Assembly: GCA_033763455.1 (NCBI GenBank)
Contig: JANRKO010000016.1
Location: 32,001 to 96,000, forward strand
From: Polyangiaceae bacterium
GTDB lineage: Bacteria > Myxococcota_A > Polyangia > Polyangiales > Polyangiaceae
Direction of reading: 5' to 3'
DNA: 64,000 bases
The position numbers and the translations under genes were made by a program. The notes under the pieces are model-generated. The model had not been told where the DNA came from, ran no database searches, and worked only from the letters and a program-made list of their open reading frames with translations. Below are positions 19,207-29,308 of this stretch, in pieces (the first letter of the stretch is position 1; each line of letters begins with the position of its first letter).

Positions 19207-19696
19207 CCAGCTCTCCGATATCGCCATCTATCCGGGCAGCTTTGATCCACCCACCAATGGGCACCTGGATCTCGTAGAGCGTGCTTCAAAGCTGTTCGCG
19301 CGCGTGGTCGTGGCAGTGGGCGTTAACCCTCAGCGCGCCCCACTTTTTACCTTGGAAGAGCGCCGCAGCCTCCTCACCCAAATCTGCGCACCCTTCTCTA
19401 ACGTTGAGGTCGACGTGTTTGACGGCTTGCTGGTGCAATACGGCAAGCGCATGGGTGCACGAGTGATCGTGCGTGGGCTTCGCGCGGGAACGGACTTTGA
19501 GTACGAGCTCCAGATAGCTCATGCAAATGCCGATTTAGAGCCCGATATCGACACGGTATTCTTGCCGACCCGCACGAACTATGGATTTGTCTCCGCCTCA
19601 TTGGTGCGGGAAATCGCACGCCACGGCGGAGATGTAAGCCGCCTCGCACCGCCTGAAGTGTGCCAAGCGCTTCTGCAGAAGTTCAAAGCTCAGTAG
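19199..19696 (+). CDS. coaD: Pantetheine-phosphate adenylyltransferase
   Basis: AIYPGSFDPPTNGHLD, RGLRAGTDFEYE, VSASLVREIA. Confidence 0.96.
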   Translation: MVSQLSDIAIYPGSFDPPTNGHLDLVERASKLFARVVVAVGVNPQRAPLFTLEERRSLLTQICAPFSNVEVDVFDGLLVQYGKRMGARVIVRGLRAGTDFEYELQIAHANADLEPDIDTVFLPTRTNYGFVSASLVREIARHGGDVSRLAPPEVCQALLQKFKAQ

Positions 19697-20748
19697 AAGA
19701 CCATCGGTGTCGGCATAAACAGAAGCACGAACAGCCCAAGTGTGACCCAACCCACAAGACGCCTTCCTGGGCCTAGTTCAGTGTCTTCCACAGGTGGATG
19801 CCCACGGCCGGAAAGGCGACCCAGCAGCGACAAGAGCAGCGCAGAAACCACCCATGGCATTGCCGCGCTCACAGGGTTCCAGTCTTCAGAGGTCAGGCTG
19901 TTAAACCCAAACTCGTTACCACGAGCGAGTATCGGCATGACGTATCGCGCCACGTTGTAGAGAACGAGCAGCCAAGGCACCAAAGCGAGCTTCTTTCCCC
20001 ACGCATTCTGCCGTTCACCGAACAGCGCATAGGCGACGTGGCCACCATCAAGCTGGCCCACGGGCAACAAGTTCAGAAACGTTACAAGAAACCCAACCCA
20101 CGCGGCCAAAGCTGTAGGGTGCAAAAATACGTCGTGCCCCGCGGGAATCGAACCATGCACCGCATACTTCAGCAGCCAATACAAGATGCTTTGACCTTCC
20201 TGAATATAAGAGCCTTGCGTCTTCGGCTCCACCGTGGAGAGGGAAAGCCCGTGCAGCATCACAGGTATCGCAACCAATAGGCCTGCCAGTGGCCCCGCGG
20301 CGCCAATGTCCATGAGTGCCCGACGCGTCTTGATGCGTTCCGGCATGATGATGACGGCGCCAAACGTTCCAAATGGGCTGAGCTGGGCGGGTAGAGGCAA
20401 AAAATAGGGCAGCGACGTCGGAACGCGATGCAACCGCGCGGCAATATAGTGACCAAACTCATGCGCCAGCAGAATGCTGAGAAGGGGAACCGCAAAATGC
20501 CACCCGCTGAGAAGCTGTAGCCCGGCGTCGGGATTCGGCTTCTCGTTGCCCCAAAATTGCCCCGCGTAGAACACGCTGAGCACCGTCAGAAAAAACAGCG
20601 CAACATTGATCCTCCAGTCGAAGCGCCGCGCTGAAGGGGGTGCGGGATTGGGGGCAACAGATTGCCCAGGACGCATCTCATTGCCCACGGCCTCGTTCGG
20701 GGAGGGGTTTGGCGGTGACGGCTCGGAAGGAGGATCGGGCTGGCTCAT
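19690..20748 (-). CDS. Site-2 protease (peptidase M50)
   Basis: HEFGH, AAGP, NLLPVGQLDGG and multiple TM segments. Confidence 0.92.
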   Translation of the reverse strand: MSQPDPPSEPSPPNPSPNEAVGNEMRPGQSVAPNPAPPSARRFDWRINVALFFLTVLSVFYAGQFWGNEKPNPDAGLQLLSGWHFAVPLLSILLAHEFGHYIAARLHRVPTSLPYFLPLPAQLSPFGTFGAVIIMPERIKTRRALMDIGAAGPLAGLLVAIPVMLHGLSLSTVEPKTQGSYIQEGQSILYWLLKYAVHGSIPAGHDVFLHPTALAAWVGFLVTFLNLLPVGQLDGGHVAYALFGERQNAWGKKLALVPWLLVLYNVARYVMPILARGNEFGFNSLTSEDWNPVSAAMPWVVSALLLSLLGRLSGRGHPPVEDTELGPGRRLVGWVTLGLFVLLFMPTPMVFY

Positions 20749-20808
20749 GGCATGGATAGCGGGGTGAAACGGGCGCGCCGTGGCGCGCAAAAAACGGATC
20801 TGCGAAAT

Positions 20809-21510
20809 CTAGGTGGATTCTGGGGTGAGCGAAACGCGAAGCCTGGCCCCGAGCTGTGCCAACTGCTCGCCGAGCTCAGCCTCCAGCACGCCCACGTCAG
20901 TGAAGATGCGGAGGTTTCCGCGCGCTTGGTCGGCGTTGGCTAGGACGCTGACTTCTCCATTCATCCCAAGGAGCTCAAGGTGCTCACTTAGGGTGGCTGC
21001 ATCCGCAGGGTGTGCCTCAATCCGAATTCGCCGAGCGCCACGCGCTTCGGACAGTGCTTGTTGAGCAAGGGCTACAATGGTGTTCGGATCCAGCGCCAAA
21101 GCTTGCCCCAAGAGCCGTTCTGCGAGCACGCGCCCGAGCTCTACCGCGCGATCCAGCTGACGTTCGGAAAGCGTATTTTCCAGGTGCCGAAGTAACAAAG
21201 CTTGCGTGGAAAGCTCAGCCGCTACCTGCGCGCGTGCTTGCACCTGTGCCCCGAGAAATACGTGGCTCTTGTGCCGCTCCGCCTCGGCAACAATCGCTTC
21301 GGCTTCTGCTCGCGCTCGGGCCAAGATGGCACTCGCCTCTAAAGACGCGTCGACAACCGCGCGCGGCGCAATACGACCGACTCCTAGCCGTGCCGCTTCA
21401 CTCGCCACCCCGCCGCCGAAAGTGTCGCCGAGCGCCACCGAAGCCACTTCGCTCACCGACCTCGTCAAAAGATCGCTCCGCGAAACCACGCGCCCTCGGC
21501 TTAACGTCAT
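20809..21510 (-). CDS. FliH/SctL (HrpE/YscL)-like protein
   Basis: Ala-rich A..I...A..EAE helix, AERLLGQAL, IRIEAHPAD, ADQARGNLRIFTDVG.LEA. Confidence 0.7.
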   Translation of the reverse strand: MTLSRGRVVSRSDLLTRSVSEVASVALGDTFGGGVASEAARLGVGRIAPRAVVDASLEASAILARARAEAEAIVAEAERHKSHVFLGAQVQARAQVAAELSTQALLLRHLENTLSERQLDRAVELGRVLAERLLGQALALDPNTIVALAQQALSEARGARRIRIEAHPADAATLSEHLELLGMNGEVSVLANADQARGNLRIFTDVGVLEAELGEQLAQLGARLRVSLTPEST

Positions 21511-21737
21511 AGCGTTTCCAGGCGTTTTACACCCACCAAGATCCGGGCTATTTCACGACCCAAAAGCTGAACTCTGGCTTCTTTCGGCGATTCAACAAGG
21601 CTTTTTGCCAACACCTGGGCTCCGCGGCTCGGCTTCCTCAGCCCCACTAGCGTCTCCGCGCCACGCGCACCCAAGGTGTAGCGCATCGCAACGTACGCCG
21701 ACTCCGCGTTCGCGGTGGGTTCAAACTTGGGATCCAT
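21507..21737 (-). CDS. Small hypothetical protein coupled to the FliH/SctL-like gene
   Basis: ATGA stop/start overlap at 21507-21510; fills the gap after the thiolase. Confidence 0.55.
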   Translation of the reverse strand: MDPKFEPTANAESAYVAMRYTLGARGAETLVGLRKPSRGAQVLAKSLVESPKEARVQLLGREIARILVGVKRLETL

Positions 21738-21759
21738 GGGTATTCGAAGATGCTGAAAG

Positions 21760-22947
21760 CTAAACGGCCTCAATCAACATGGCGATGGCCTCACCCCCAC
21801 CGATACACAAAGAGGCTACGCCGCGCCGCGCACCGCGATCTTTCATTGCATAAAGCAGCGTCGTGAGCACACGTGCGCCAGAAGCGCCGATGGGATGGCC
21901 AAGGGCCACAGCTCCGCCGCGAACATTCACGGTGGCTGGGTCTAGCTTCAAAAGGCTGCTGCAAGCCTGCGTGACACACGAGAAAGCCTCGTTGATCTCC
22001 CAAAGATCTACGTCTTTTGTGCTAAGGTTGAGGCGAGTGAGCAACCCCTGCATGGCTTTGGCCGGTGCGGTGGTGAACCACTCTGGCTCGTGTGCGGCGT
22101 ACCCGGTGCCGACAATACGCGCGAGTGGCGTGAGGCTCCTGGCCTTGACTGCGCTTTCAGTGGCCAACACCACGGCCGCCGCTCCATCGTTCACGCTCGA
22201 CGCATTCGCTGCCGTGATGGTACCCGCAGGGTCAAACGCCGGACGGAGTGCTGCGAACTTTTTCGGATCACCGCGGCCAGGCTCTTCGTCGGTATCGACC
22301 ACAAGCGCTGGCCCTTTCTTCTGAGCTATTTCAACCGGGGCGATTTCGGCACGAAATTCCCCAGCTGCTTGCGCTTTTAGTGCCCGATCGTAGCTTTCGG
22401 TGGCAAAGGCATCTTGGCTTTGCCTATCGAGCTTGAATTCCTTAGCGCACAGCTCGCCAGCGCGACCCATGTGGAAATCATTATAGGGGTCCCACAGGCC
22501 GTCGAAGATCATGCCGTCCACCAGTTGATCGTTGCCCATACGATAACCTGTGCGCGCTTTGGTGAGGTAATACGGCACGTTGGACATCGATTCCATGCCG
22601 CCGGCCACGGCGAGAGCGGCCTCGCCCAACATGAGCGATTTGCGCGCCATGGCCACCGCCTGAAGCCCCGAACCGCAGACTTTATTTACGGTGGTGGCCG
22701 GCACGGTATTGGGGATGCCGGAAAATATGCTTGCCTGCCGCGCGGGCGCTTGCCCGATCCCGGCGGACAACACGTTGCCCATGACGACTTCCTCTACGTC
22801 AGCGGGAGCAACACCTGCGCGTTCGAGAGCCGCCCGGAGAGCGACAGCACCCAGGCGCGGTGCGGAAAGTGAAGAAAGCGCCCCCAAATACGAACCAATG
22901 GGCGTGCGAGCTGCCCCGACTAGATACACAGCTTCAAGATTTGACAT
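21760..22947 (-). CDS. atoB: Acetyl-CoA C-acetyltransferase (thiolase)
   Basis: NKVCGSG, GGMESMS, EINEAF, GHPIGASG, SLCIGGG. Confidence 0.93.
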   Translation of the reverse strand: MSNLEAVYLVGAARTPIGSYLGALSSLSAPRLGAVALRAALERAGVAPADVEEVVMGNVLSAGIGQAPARQASIFSGIPNTVPATTVNKVCGSGLQAVAMARKSLMLGEAALAVAGGMESMSNVPYYLTKARTGYRMGNDQLVDGMIFDGLWDPYNDFHMGRAGELCAKEFKLDRQSQDAFATESYDRALKAQAAGEFRAEIAPVEIAQKKGPALVVDTDEEPGRGDPKKFAALRPAFDPAGTITAANASSVNDGAAAVVLATESAVKARSLTPLARIVGTGYAAHEPEWFTTAPAKAMQGLLTRLNLSTKDVDLWEINEAFSCVTQACSSLLKLDPATVNVRGGAVALGHPIGASGARVLTTLLYAMKDRGARRGVASLCIGGGEAIAMLIEAV

Positions 22948-22952
22948 GTGGC

Positions 22953-23915
22953 TCAGATCCCCAAATTTCGTCGAATGCGGGCCAACGGCTCCTCCAAATT
23001 GGGAACGAAGGCTTCACCCGTGATGCGTTCTACCGCTTCAATATAACGCCGGCTGGCTTCAATTCGGATTTCGTCCGGAATGGGTGGTATGGGCCCATCC
23101 CCCATGAACCCAATCCCAGCAAGATAACGCCGCACGTATTCTTTGTCGAAGCTCTCCGGGTGTTCGCCCCGCGCGAATCTCTCCGCGTAGCTCTCGGCGT
23201 ACCAAAAGCGTGACGAATCTGGCGTGTGAATCTCGTCGATCACAACGATTTCCCCGCTCGGCGTTTTTCCAAACTCATATTTAGTATCGACCAAAATGAG
23301 GCCATGCTCGGCACAAATGCGCTGCCCCGCGGAAAAAAGCACGCGCGTAAGCTCAGCGGCGCGGTCAAAATCCTGCGCCGACATTCCGCTAGCCTGGAGG
23401 ATTTCCTCGCGTGAGGCAGAAACATCGTGGTCCCCGTGGGCCGCTTTGGTGCTGGGGGTCAAGATCGGTGCGGCGAGCTTTTCATGCTGGCGCAAGCCCT
23501 CCGGCAAACGATGCCCACAAAAGGTGCGCACTCCGTTTTGGTAGTGCACCCAGATGCTGGTAGACGTGGTGCCTGTTAGGTAAGCACGCATCACCATTTC
23601 CACGGGCAGCGGCTCGCACTCGCGCACCAGCGTAACGTTCGGATCGGGCACCGAGAGTAAATGGTTCGGGCATACTTCCCGCGTTCGCTGCATCCACCAG
23701 GCCGAGGCCCAATTGAGCACCTGGCCTTTGAGGGGCAGAGTGCCGAGCACTCGATCGAAGGCGCTGATGCGATCCGTGGCCACAATCACGCGCGTGCCGT
23801 CGGCACGGGTATAATTGTCGCGAACTTTGCCTTCGTACTTTTTGCCCAGAACGTCAAAATCCGTGGCCTTTAGAGGATGGGCTAACGCTGTTTTTAGAAC
23901 TTCCGGTGTCACCAC
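22953..23915 (-). CDS. purC: SAICAR synthetase
   Basis: GKVRD, TDRISAFD, TPSTKA, DTKYEFG, DEIHTPDSSRFW. Confidence 0.95.
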   Translation of the reverse strand: MVTPEVLKTALAHPLKATDFDVLGKKYEGKVRDNYTRADGTRVIVATDRISAFDRVLGTLPLKGQVLNWASAWWMQRTREVCPNHLLSVPDPNVTLVRECEPLPVEMVMRAYLTGTTSTSIWVHYQNGVRTFCGHRLPEGLRQHEKLAAPILTPSTKAAHGDHDVSASREEILQASGMSAQDFDRAAELTRVLFSAGQRICAEHGLILVDTKYEFGKTPSGEIVVIDEIHTPDSSRFWYAESYAERFARGEHPESFDKEYVRRYLAGIGFMGDGPIPPIPDEIRIEASRRYIEAVERITGEAFVPNLEEPLARIRRNLGI

Positions 23916-23998
23916 GCCCGGAAGCTAGCATGGCCGCGCTCGGTACGAAGCTCGAAAACAGGTGGCCCGCCCGGCGCGCCTGGCGTATTTGCATCGCA

Positions 23999-24898
23999 AT
24001 GCAGGCGCTCGCCTTTGGTACACCGCGCAAGCTCCCGCGCGCTTCAGAACTTACGGGGCGTGTGGTGGTGCTAGATATCGCTTTTGCGGGCAGCGGCAGT
24101 GGGGGTGGCTTCGATAAAGTGACCCTGCCACTCATAGAGGCGCTCGGGCCACGCCTGATTGCCTGGGTGGACCACCACGACCACGATGAGCACGCCCGCT
24201 ACGCGGCCGATCCGCGCTTCGTATTGGCGACCAAAGCCCAGCATGGTGCTTGCCCGGAAATGATCAGCCCCGAACTCGTGCAGCTCTTGGGCGCCGGAGA
24301 TACCATTCTTTGCCACTCCGATTTCGACGGCCTTGCGAGTGCCGCCAAGTGGATCCGCGGCGGCGTTGAGCCCTATCCTGGCTGCGACGACGATGCTCGC
24401 GCCGTCGACACACGTATGGGTGTTCCGAGCCCGCTCGGCTCAACACTCGATCAGGCTCTGCGCGCACGTCCTCGCGACGCGGCGCTGTTTGGGATCGTGG
24501 TTCGGCATTTGGCCTCCGGCCTCTCCGATCCAAGCCTTTGGAGCGTGATCCAAGAGGCGGCGAGCGAGCTTTTGCCGATCGAAAAGGAAACACGCCGTGC
24601 GGCTCAAAGCTACATTCGGGTCGATCCGGGCGTGGCGTATGTGGATGTTACCGGAGGCTACGGCAAGCTGGACAAAACGCTGCTTCTGCTCTTGGGCCAG
24701 GAGCGCGAGCCCGTGAGCGTAGTGGTCGATCGCGATAACGTGAGTATTGCGGCGCGTTTCGATAGCGGAAAAGACTTTGTGAAGCTCTTCGGGCTTTCTG
24801 GTGGAATGCCTACACGCGTTTCCTTGCCAAGAAAAAAGCTTGAGGAAGTATTCGCTGCTCTTGGCGTGGCGCCGGGGGCTCTTCGTCTTTCTACTTGA
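23999..24898 (+). CDS. DHH-superfamily phosphoesterase-like protein (unusual motif order)
   Basis: VVVLD, WVDHH and HSDFDG motifs plus a C-terminal GG DHHA1-like segment. Confidence 0.7.
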   Translation: MQALAFGTPRKLPRASELTGRVVVLDIAFAGSGSGGGFDKVTLPLIEALGPRLIAWVDHHDHDEHARYAADPRFVLATKAQHGACPEMISPELVQLLGAGDTILCHSDFDGLASAAKWIRGGVEPYPGCDDDARAVDTRMGVPSPLGSTLDQALRARPRDAALFGIVVRHLASGLSDPSLWSVIQEAASELLPIEKETRRAAQSYIRVDPGVAYVDVTGGYGKLDKTLLLLLGQEREPVSVVVDRDNVSIAARFDSGKDFVKLFGLSGGMPTRVSLPRKKLEEVFAALGVAPGALRLST

Positions 24899-24912
24899 TC
24901 AGAGAGGCACGT

Positions 24913-27378
24913 ATGCTCAAAGTCTCGATCCATTTCCGTCGCGCTTTTTCCGCGTTGTTGTTCGCGGCTTCTCTCATCGGAAGCTCCAGTGCGCACGCCG
25001 CCCTCAAAGTCCAGGTGGCTACCCCCGGCACGGGTGGCCAAGCCATCCTTGCGGTTGGGTTCGATAAAGCCGGCCAGCTTTTCGAGAATGTGTGCCTGAC
25101 GCGCCCCTGCGCGGCCGAGAAAGGCCAAATTGTGGCCCTCCCCGAAAGCGTCGCAAAACGCGCCGAATCCGCCGAAATCCGGCTCATACCCATCGGCCTT
25201 ATGCGCCACGCGATCTGGATCCGAGTGGCCGAAGAGAAGGGTGATCGCTCGTATCATTGGTTGGCCACGGCGCCACTTCGCACACCGACCCCGGACAATA
25301 CGCCCCAGCAAGTGAAAGTCCTTTTTTCGGATTGGACCGACGGCAACTCCAAGGCTCCGATTCAAACTTCCCTCACGCTCTTGGCAGCCGACAAACAAGG
25401 CAACCGCAGCCTCTTGCTCGCGACGGAGCAAAGCGATCGCTCACTCTGCGGCCGCCGGTTACCTCTACAGCCCAAGGTGTTGGATCCCGAGAGCCTCAGT
25501 TTTCTGCCAGCCCGAGTTCCGGTGCTCGGCCAGAAGGAGCGCACGTCCGCGGTGTTGGTGCAAGCTCTAGCCGGGGCACCCGAGGGCGTGACGCTTCCGC
25601 TCGAAGCTGTGGAGGCAAGCAGTGGCGAGTTGCCAAACACAAAGGAAAAAGCCTGGTTTGAGGATCGAAAGGGCGACGGTTCGGGCGAATATCTGATGTT
25701 TCGGGCTCCGGCCGTTCCGCTCACCGGCCTCGCCTTCGCCCTGCCTCCGAGTGGAGGTCCCCGGGTTGGGCCGGGGGCATTCTGGGTTGCAAGCGCCGGG
25801 CAACTTCTACGAGTGGAGCTGCCGAAAGCCGTGCAGGCAAGCGCTGTTGCATTGCCGTTTCAGGTTTCCTTTCCAGCGCCTATCTCCGGGGAGTGTTTGG
25901 CCATAGTGCTTGATCGCACTGAAACCGCGAGCGAGACGAGCGAAGTGGGGTTTGTTGCTCTCACGGCGCAGGCCGAGGGCCTGCCGTCATTGAGCGAGCT
26001 TGTCGCTGACCTCGGCAAAGCTCCTGAAGCGCAAGCGAAGGCGGTTAATCTACTGAGTGCTTTGGGCACCCCCGCCCTAACACATTTGACCGCCGAGCTC
26101 GGGAAGCTCAACGATGCCCAACTCTCCGCCGCAGGGGATGTATTGGCGCGCTTCTCCTGCGCCGAAGCCGGCCTTCCGCTCGCAAAGCTGCTTGGAAGCG
26201 CGTCCAGTGTCGCTCGCGAACGCGCCCGCGCTCGCCTCGATATGTGCGGAAAAGCGGCAGCTTTGGGCCTAGCACAGGCGTTTTCAGAGGCCACTTCGCC
26301 CGAGGCTCGGGCCCCGATCGCACTTGAGCTCGCCCAAGCCGATCCCGAAGCAGCGGTTGCCGCAATCGGACCACACCTCCTTGGAAACGTCGATACCCGC
26401 CAGGCGCTGCGCACAGCTTTTGCGCGAGCGGCAAGAGCTCCGAGCTCTGGGGCGGCCGTAAGGCGCTTGCTCGCACAGCCGGATTTATCGCCGAGCATCA
26501 GCCTCGAACTTTTGCGCGCACTTGGCCCGCTCCTTCCCACGTTCCTACCCGAGGCAGGCCAGGCCTACACCCGCGCGCGTAACAATTCGGCTGATTTTTC
26601 GACTCGCTTTCTACTGCTTGAACCCGCAGGATACTTAGAAGCAACTTTCCCGCTCGCCAACGCTGACCTCAAATTCGCCATCAATCAACGAGAGGATTGG
26701 CGTTTGCGCGCTCAGGCAGCAGCCTCGATCCGTGCCATCCAGCGCTTCGAGCCATCCCTCTTGAGTCTCGCGGGAGACACCCATGTGCGCGTGCGTGAGG
26801 CTGCACTCGGTGTGCTGGCAGATAAGAAAGCCTCCTTTGCCGAGCCTGCGTTAGCCGAGCTGCTCCACGAAGATCCGTGGCCCTTAGTGCGTTCCGGCGC
26901 GGCCCGCGCGCTCAGCCTGTTACCTGGGCGCGGCATAGCCGACGAAGCCCTAACTCGCGCGCTTCGCGACGATTCGGTGCAAGTTCGCGCACGTGCTGCC
27001 GAAGCGCTTGGCGCCCGCCGAACACCGCAGGCCACAGAGCCGCTCATCGCGCACATGAACGATCCCGAAGAGGCACTCGACGTTCGAGTGGCAGCAGCCA
27101 GCGCACTCGGGGAAATGTGTGCCACCTCCGCCCTCCAAACACTCACCCAACGTGCTCTTGAGTTGACCGACCTCACGGCACCTTCGGACGCGCAGCTGCT
27201 TGGTCGCGCCGCCCTCCGGGCCGTAGTTCGCCTCAATCCAGCAGACCTCAAAGCTCGCCTCAGCCCACTTCTAGCCAAGCCAACGCCGGCCGCAGTTAGA
27301 GCTGCAACAAGCCGAGCGCTTTCGGCCACGTTGCCGCGCTGCGCCGCAGGAGCAGGCGCGCCGAAGACGGCCCCCTGA
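24913..27378 (+). CDS. Exported HEAT-repeat protein
   Basis: Signal peptide; C-terminal repeats such as D..VRVREAA, DPWPLVRSGAARAL, DDSVQVRARAAEALG. Confidence 0.8.
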   Translation: MLKVSIHFRRAFSALLFAASLIGSSSAHAALKVQVATPGTGGQAILAVGFDKAGQLFENVCLTRPCAAEKGQIVALPESVAKRAESAEIRLIPIGLMRHAIWIRVAEEKGDRSYHWLATAPLRTPTPDNTPQQVKVLFSDWTDGNSKAPIQTSLTLLAADKQGNRSLLLATEQSDRSLCGRRLPLQPKVLDPESLSFLPARVPVLGQKERTSAVLVQALAGAPEGVTLPLEAVEASSGELPNTKEKAWFEDRKGDGSGEYLMFRAPAVPLTGLAFALPPSGGPRVGPGAFWVASAGQLLRVELPKAVQASAVALPFQVSFPAPISGECLAIVLDRTETASETSEVGFVALTAQAEGLPSLSELVADLGKAPEAQAKAVNLLSALGTPALTHLTAELGKLNDAQLSAAGDVLARFSCAEAGLPLAKLLGSASSVARERARARLDMCGKAAALGLAQAFSEATSPEARAPIALELAQADPEAAVAAIGPHLLGNVDTRQALRTAFARAARAPSSGAAVRRLLAQPDLSPSISLELLRALGPLLPTFLPEAGQAYTRARNNSADFSTRFLLLEPAGYLEATFPLANADLKFAINQREDWRLRAQAAASIRAIQRFEPSLLSLAGDTHVRVREAALGVLADKKASFAEPALAELLHEDPWPLVRSGAARALSLLPGRGIADEALTRALRDDSVQVRARAAEALGARRTPQATEPLIAHMNDPEEALDVRVAAASALGEMCATSALQTLTQRALELTDLTAPSDAQLLGRAALRAVVRLNPADLKARLSPLLAKPTPAAVRAATSRALSATLPRCAAGAGAPKTAP

Positions 27379-27411
27379 CTTACCGAACCCAAAGTGGTAC
27401 GAGGCCTCGTT

Positions 27412-28467
27412 ATGAAAAAGGGCAAGATTCTGGTTACGGGGGCGTCGGGGTTCGTTGGAGCCACCCTGGTCCGAAAGCTGATTGAAAGCGGGGAACACGT
27501 GCGGGGCTTTGTCCGCGCAGGCTCCGATCTTAGGCCGTTTGCCGATCTACCTGCCTCACACTTTGAACTGGCGTATGGGGATATCACGGTCGATCATACG
27601 GTGTTTCGCGCGTTGTACGGTTGCAACCGCTTGTTTCACGTCGCCACGAGTTATCAGTGGGGAGCACGCCACCCAAAAGAGGTAATGACCTCGGCCGTAC
27701 TCGGAACCCAGGCAGTGCTGGAAGCGGCACGCCGACAAAAGCTCGACAAAACGGTCGTAACGAGTTCATACGGCGCCTTGGGTATCTCCACCTCACAAGA
27801 ACCTATGGATGAAGGCCACGAATTCAATCTTAACGATCCCGAAGTCTACGTAGAAGCAAAACGCCGAGCGTTAGAGGTCGCGCTTGAAGCCGCGCACCGA
27901 GGTCAGCCCGTTACGATGGTATTGCCTGGCTCAATTGTGGGCCCTGGTGATCGCAAGCCAACGCCCACTGGCCGCTGCATTCTGGCCTATCTGCGCACTT
28001 CTCCTGGCGTTCAGGTGAGCGTGCCCGAAGGCGGTTTGAACATCGTTGACGTCGAAGACGTAGCCAATGGCCATATTCTGGCGATGGCCAAAGGGAAACC
28101 CGGCGAAACATACCTTCTCGGCGGTCAAGATCTCACGTTCGCAGAACTTGTGAGCACACTGAGCGACGTCACGGGCCTGGCCTCTGGCAAGCCCGGAATG
28201 AGTGCTTCCACCGCGCGCTTTCTCGGAGGGTTGCTCGCACTCTATAGCCGCCTGAAGGGTGAGGAGCCGCTGGTCACGCCAAAACTACTGAAGGGCTACA
28301 CCTCGGGCTACGCCTGGATTGACAGTCAAAAGGCCGAACGCGAGCTCGGCTACCAGCACCGATCGGCGCGCCTTGCTTTGGGTCGCGCTGTCGCTTGGTT
28401 TCTCGATCAAGGTTACGTTCCGGATCGGTTCGCAACACGCATCCGGCTGGAACTCCGCAGCGCATGA
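27412..28467 (+). CDS. NAD-dependent epimerase/dehydratase (HpnA/dihydroflavonol-reductase-like)
   Basis: TGASGFVG, YVEAK (YxxxK), GPGDRKPTPTG, VDVEDVA.GH. Confidence 0.88.
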   Translation: MKKGKILVTGASGFVGATLVRKLIESGEHVRGFVRAGSDLRPFADLPASHFELAYGDITVDHTVFRALYGCNRLFHVATSYQWGARHPKEVMTSAVLGTQAVLEAARRQKLDKTVVTSSYGALGISTSQEPMDEGHEFNLNDPEVYVEAKRRALEVALEAAHRGQPVTMVLPGSIVGPGDRKPTPTGRCILAYLRTSPGVQVSVPEGGLNIVDVEDVANGHILAMAKGKPGETYLLGGQDLTFAELVSTLSDVTGLASGKPGMSASTARFLGGLLALYSRLKGEEPLVTPKLLKGYTSGYAWIDSQKAERELGYQHRSARLALGRAVAWFLDQGYVPDRFATRIRLELRSA

Positions 28468-29210
28468 ATCCTCAAAGCCCAGCACTCAGTGCGGCTTCGA
28501 ACGAGCCAAAAAGCGCCGCCAAGCGCACGGAATGGGGCTTTGTGTGGGGCCTTTTGGCAGCCATTTTGCTCGGCGCGGCTTCGGCCCTTTCTTCCGCGGA
28601 GCCGGGGGCTAAAGGCCTCTTACCGCTCAGCATCTTGGCGGCTGCCTCCTTCATGATGCCCCTGTGTTGGGCGCTTCAGGTTCTCACCCTCTCTCGCAAC
28701 GTGCTACTTTGGCTCGTGAGCACGTTCTTAAATAGCGCCTGGATGCTCACACTCTTCGGGGCCTGGCTCTCGCAGAGAACTCATCATCGCCCGCTGGGTG
28801 GGGCAACTTTCGCAGTCCTCGGGTCCCTCATGATTCTTTCCTCGGCCGTGCTCTCGGGGCGTGCTGTGAGCTTGAAGGGCAGTGGCGATGGCAAAGCGCG
28901 GTGGCTGGGTAACGGGCTCTTCCTTATGTTGCTTATAACGGGGGGATTGGGCACACTTTTGGTTGTTGGCAGAGCCGTGCAGGCCGACGCGAGTGCTATC
29001 CGGCACGTCGTGGAAGTACTCGGCGTCGTGGTCGCGGCCTCTTTCTGTGCCCGTGCCAGCGGCCCTAAGAAGCTATCCTTGCCTCGCTCGGTGGGCCCAT
29101 GGGCATGGGTGGTTGTTGGGGTGTGCACAGCCTACGCGGCGGTTCAGTATCCTGAAGCCGCCCAACAAGTGTCACCCGTACTTTCCGGCTTCGTGCCGTT
29201 GTTCCGCTGA
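28464..29210 (+). CDS. Hypothetical integral membrane protein
   Basis: About 7 hydrophobic segments; ATGA overlap with the upstream gene. Confidence 0.7.
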   Translation: MNPQSPALSAASNEPKSAAKRTEWGFVWGLLAAILLGAASALSSAEPGAKGLLPLSILAAASFMMPLCWALQVLTLSRNVLLWLVSTFLNSAWMLTLFGAWLSQRTHHRPLGGATFAVLGSLMILSSAVLSGRAVSLKGSGDGKARWLGNGLFLMLLITGGLGTLLVVGRAVQADASAIRHVVEVLGVVVAASFCARASGPKKLSLPRSVGPWAWVVVGVCTAYAAVQYPEAAQQVSPVLSGFVPLFR

Positions 29211-29308
29211 AGCGCGATCAGTGCGGCTTCCGGAATCGACACCGGTGCCACGATTTTTTAATCCAAGGGGGGCGACGCCCGGCCCAACCATCGCCATATT
29301 AGTCTTCC

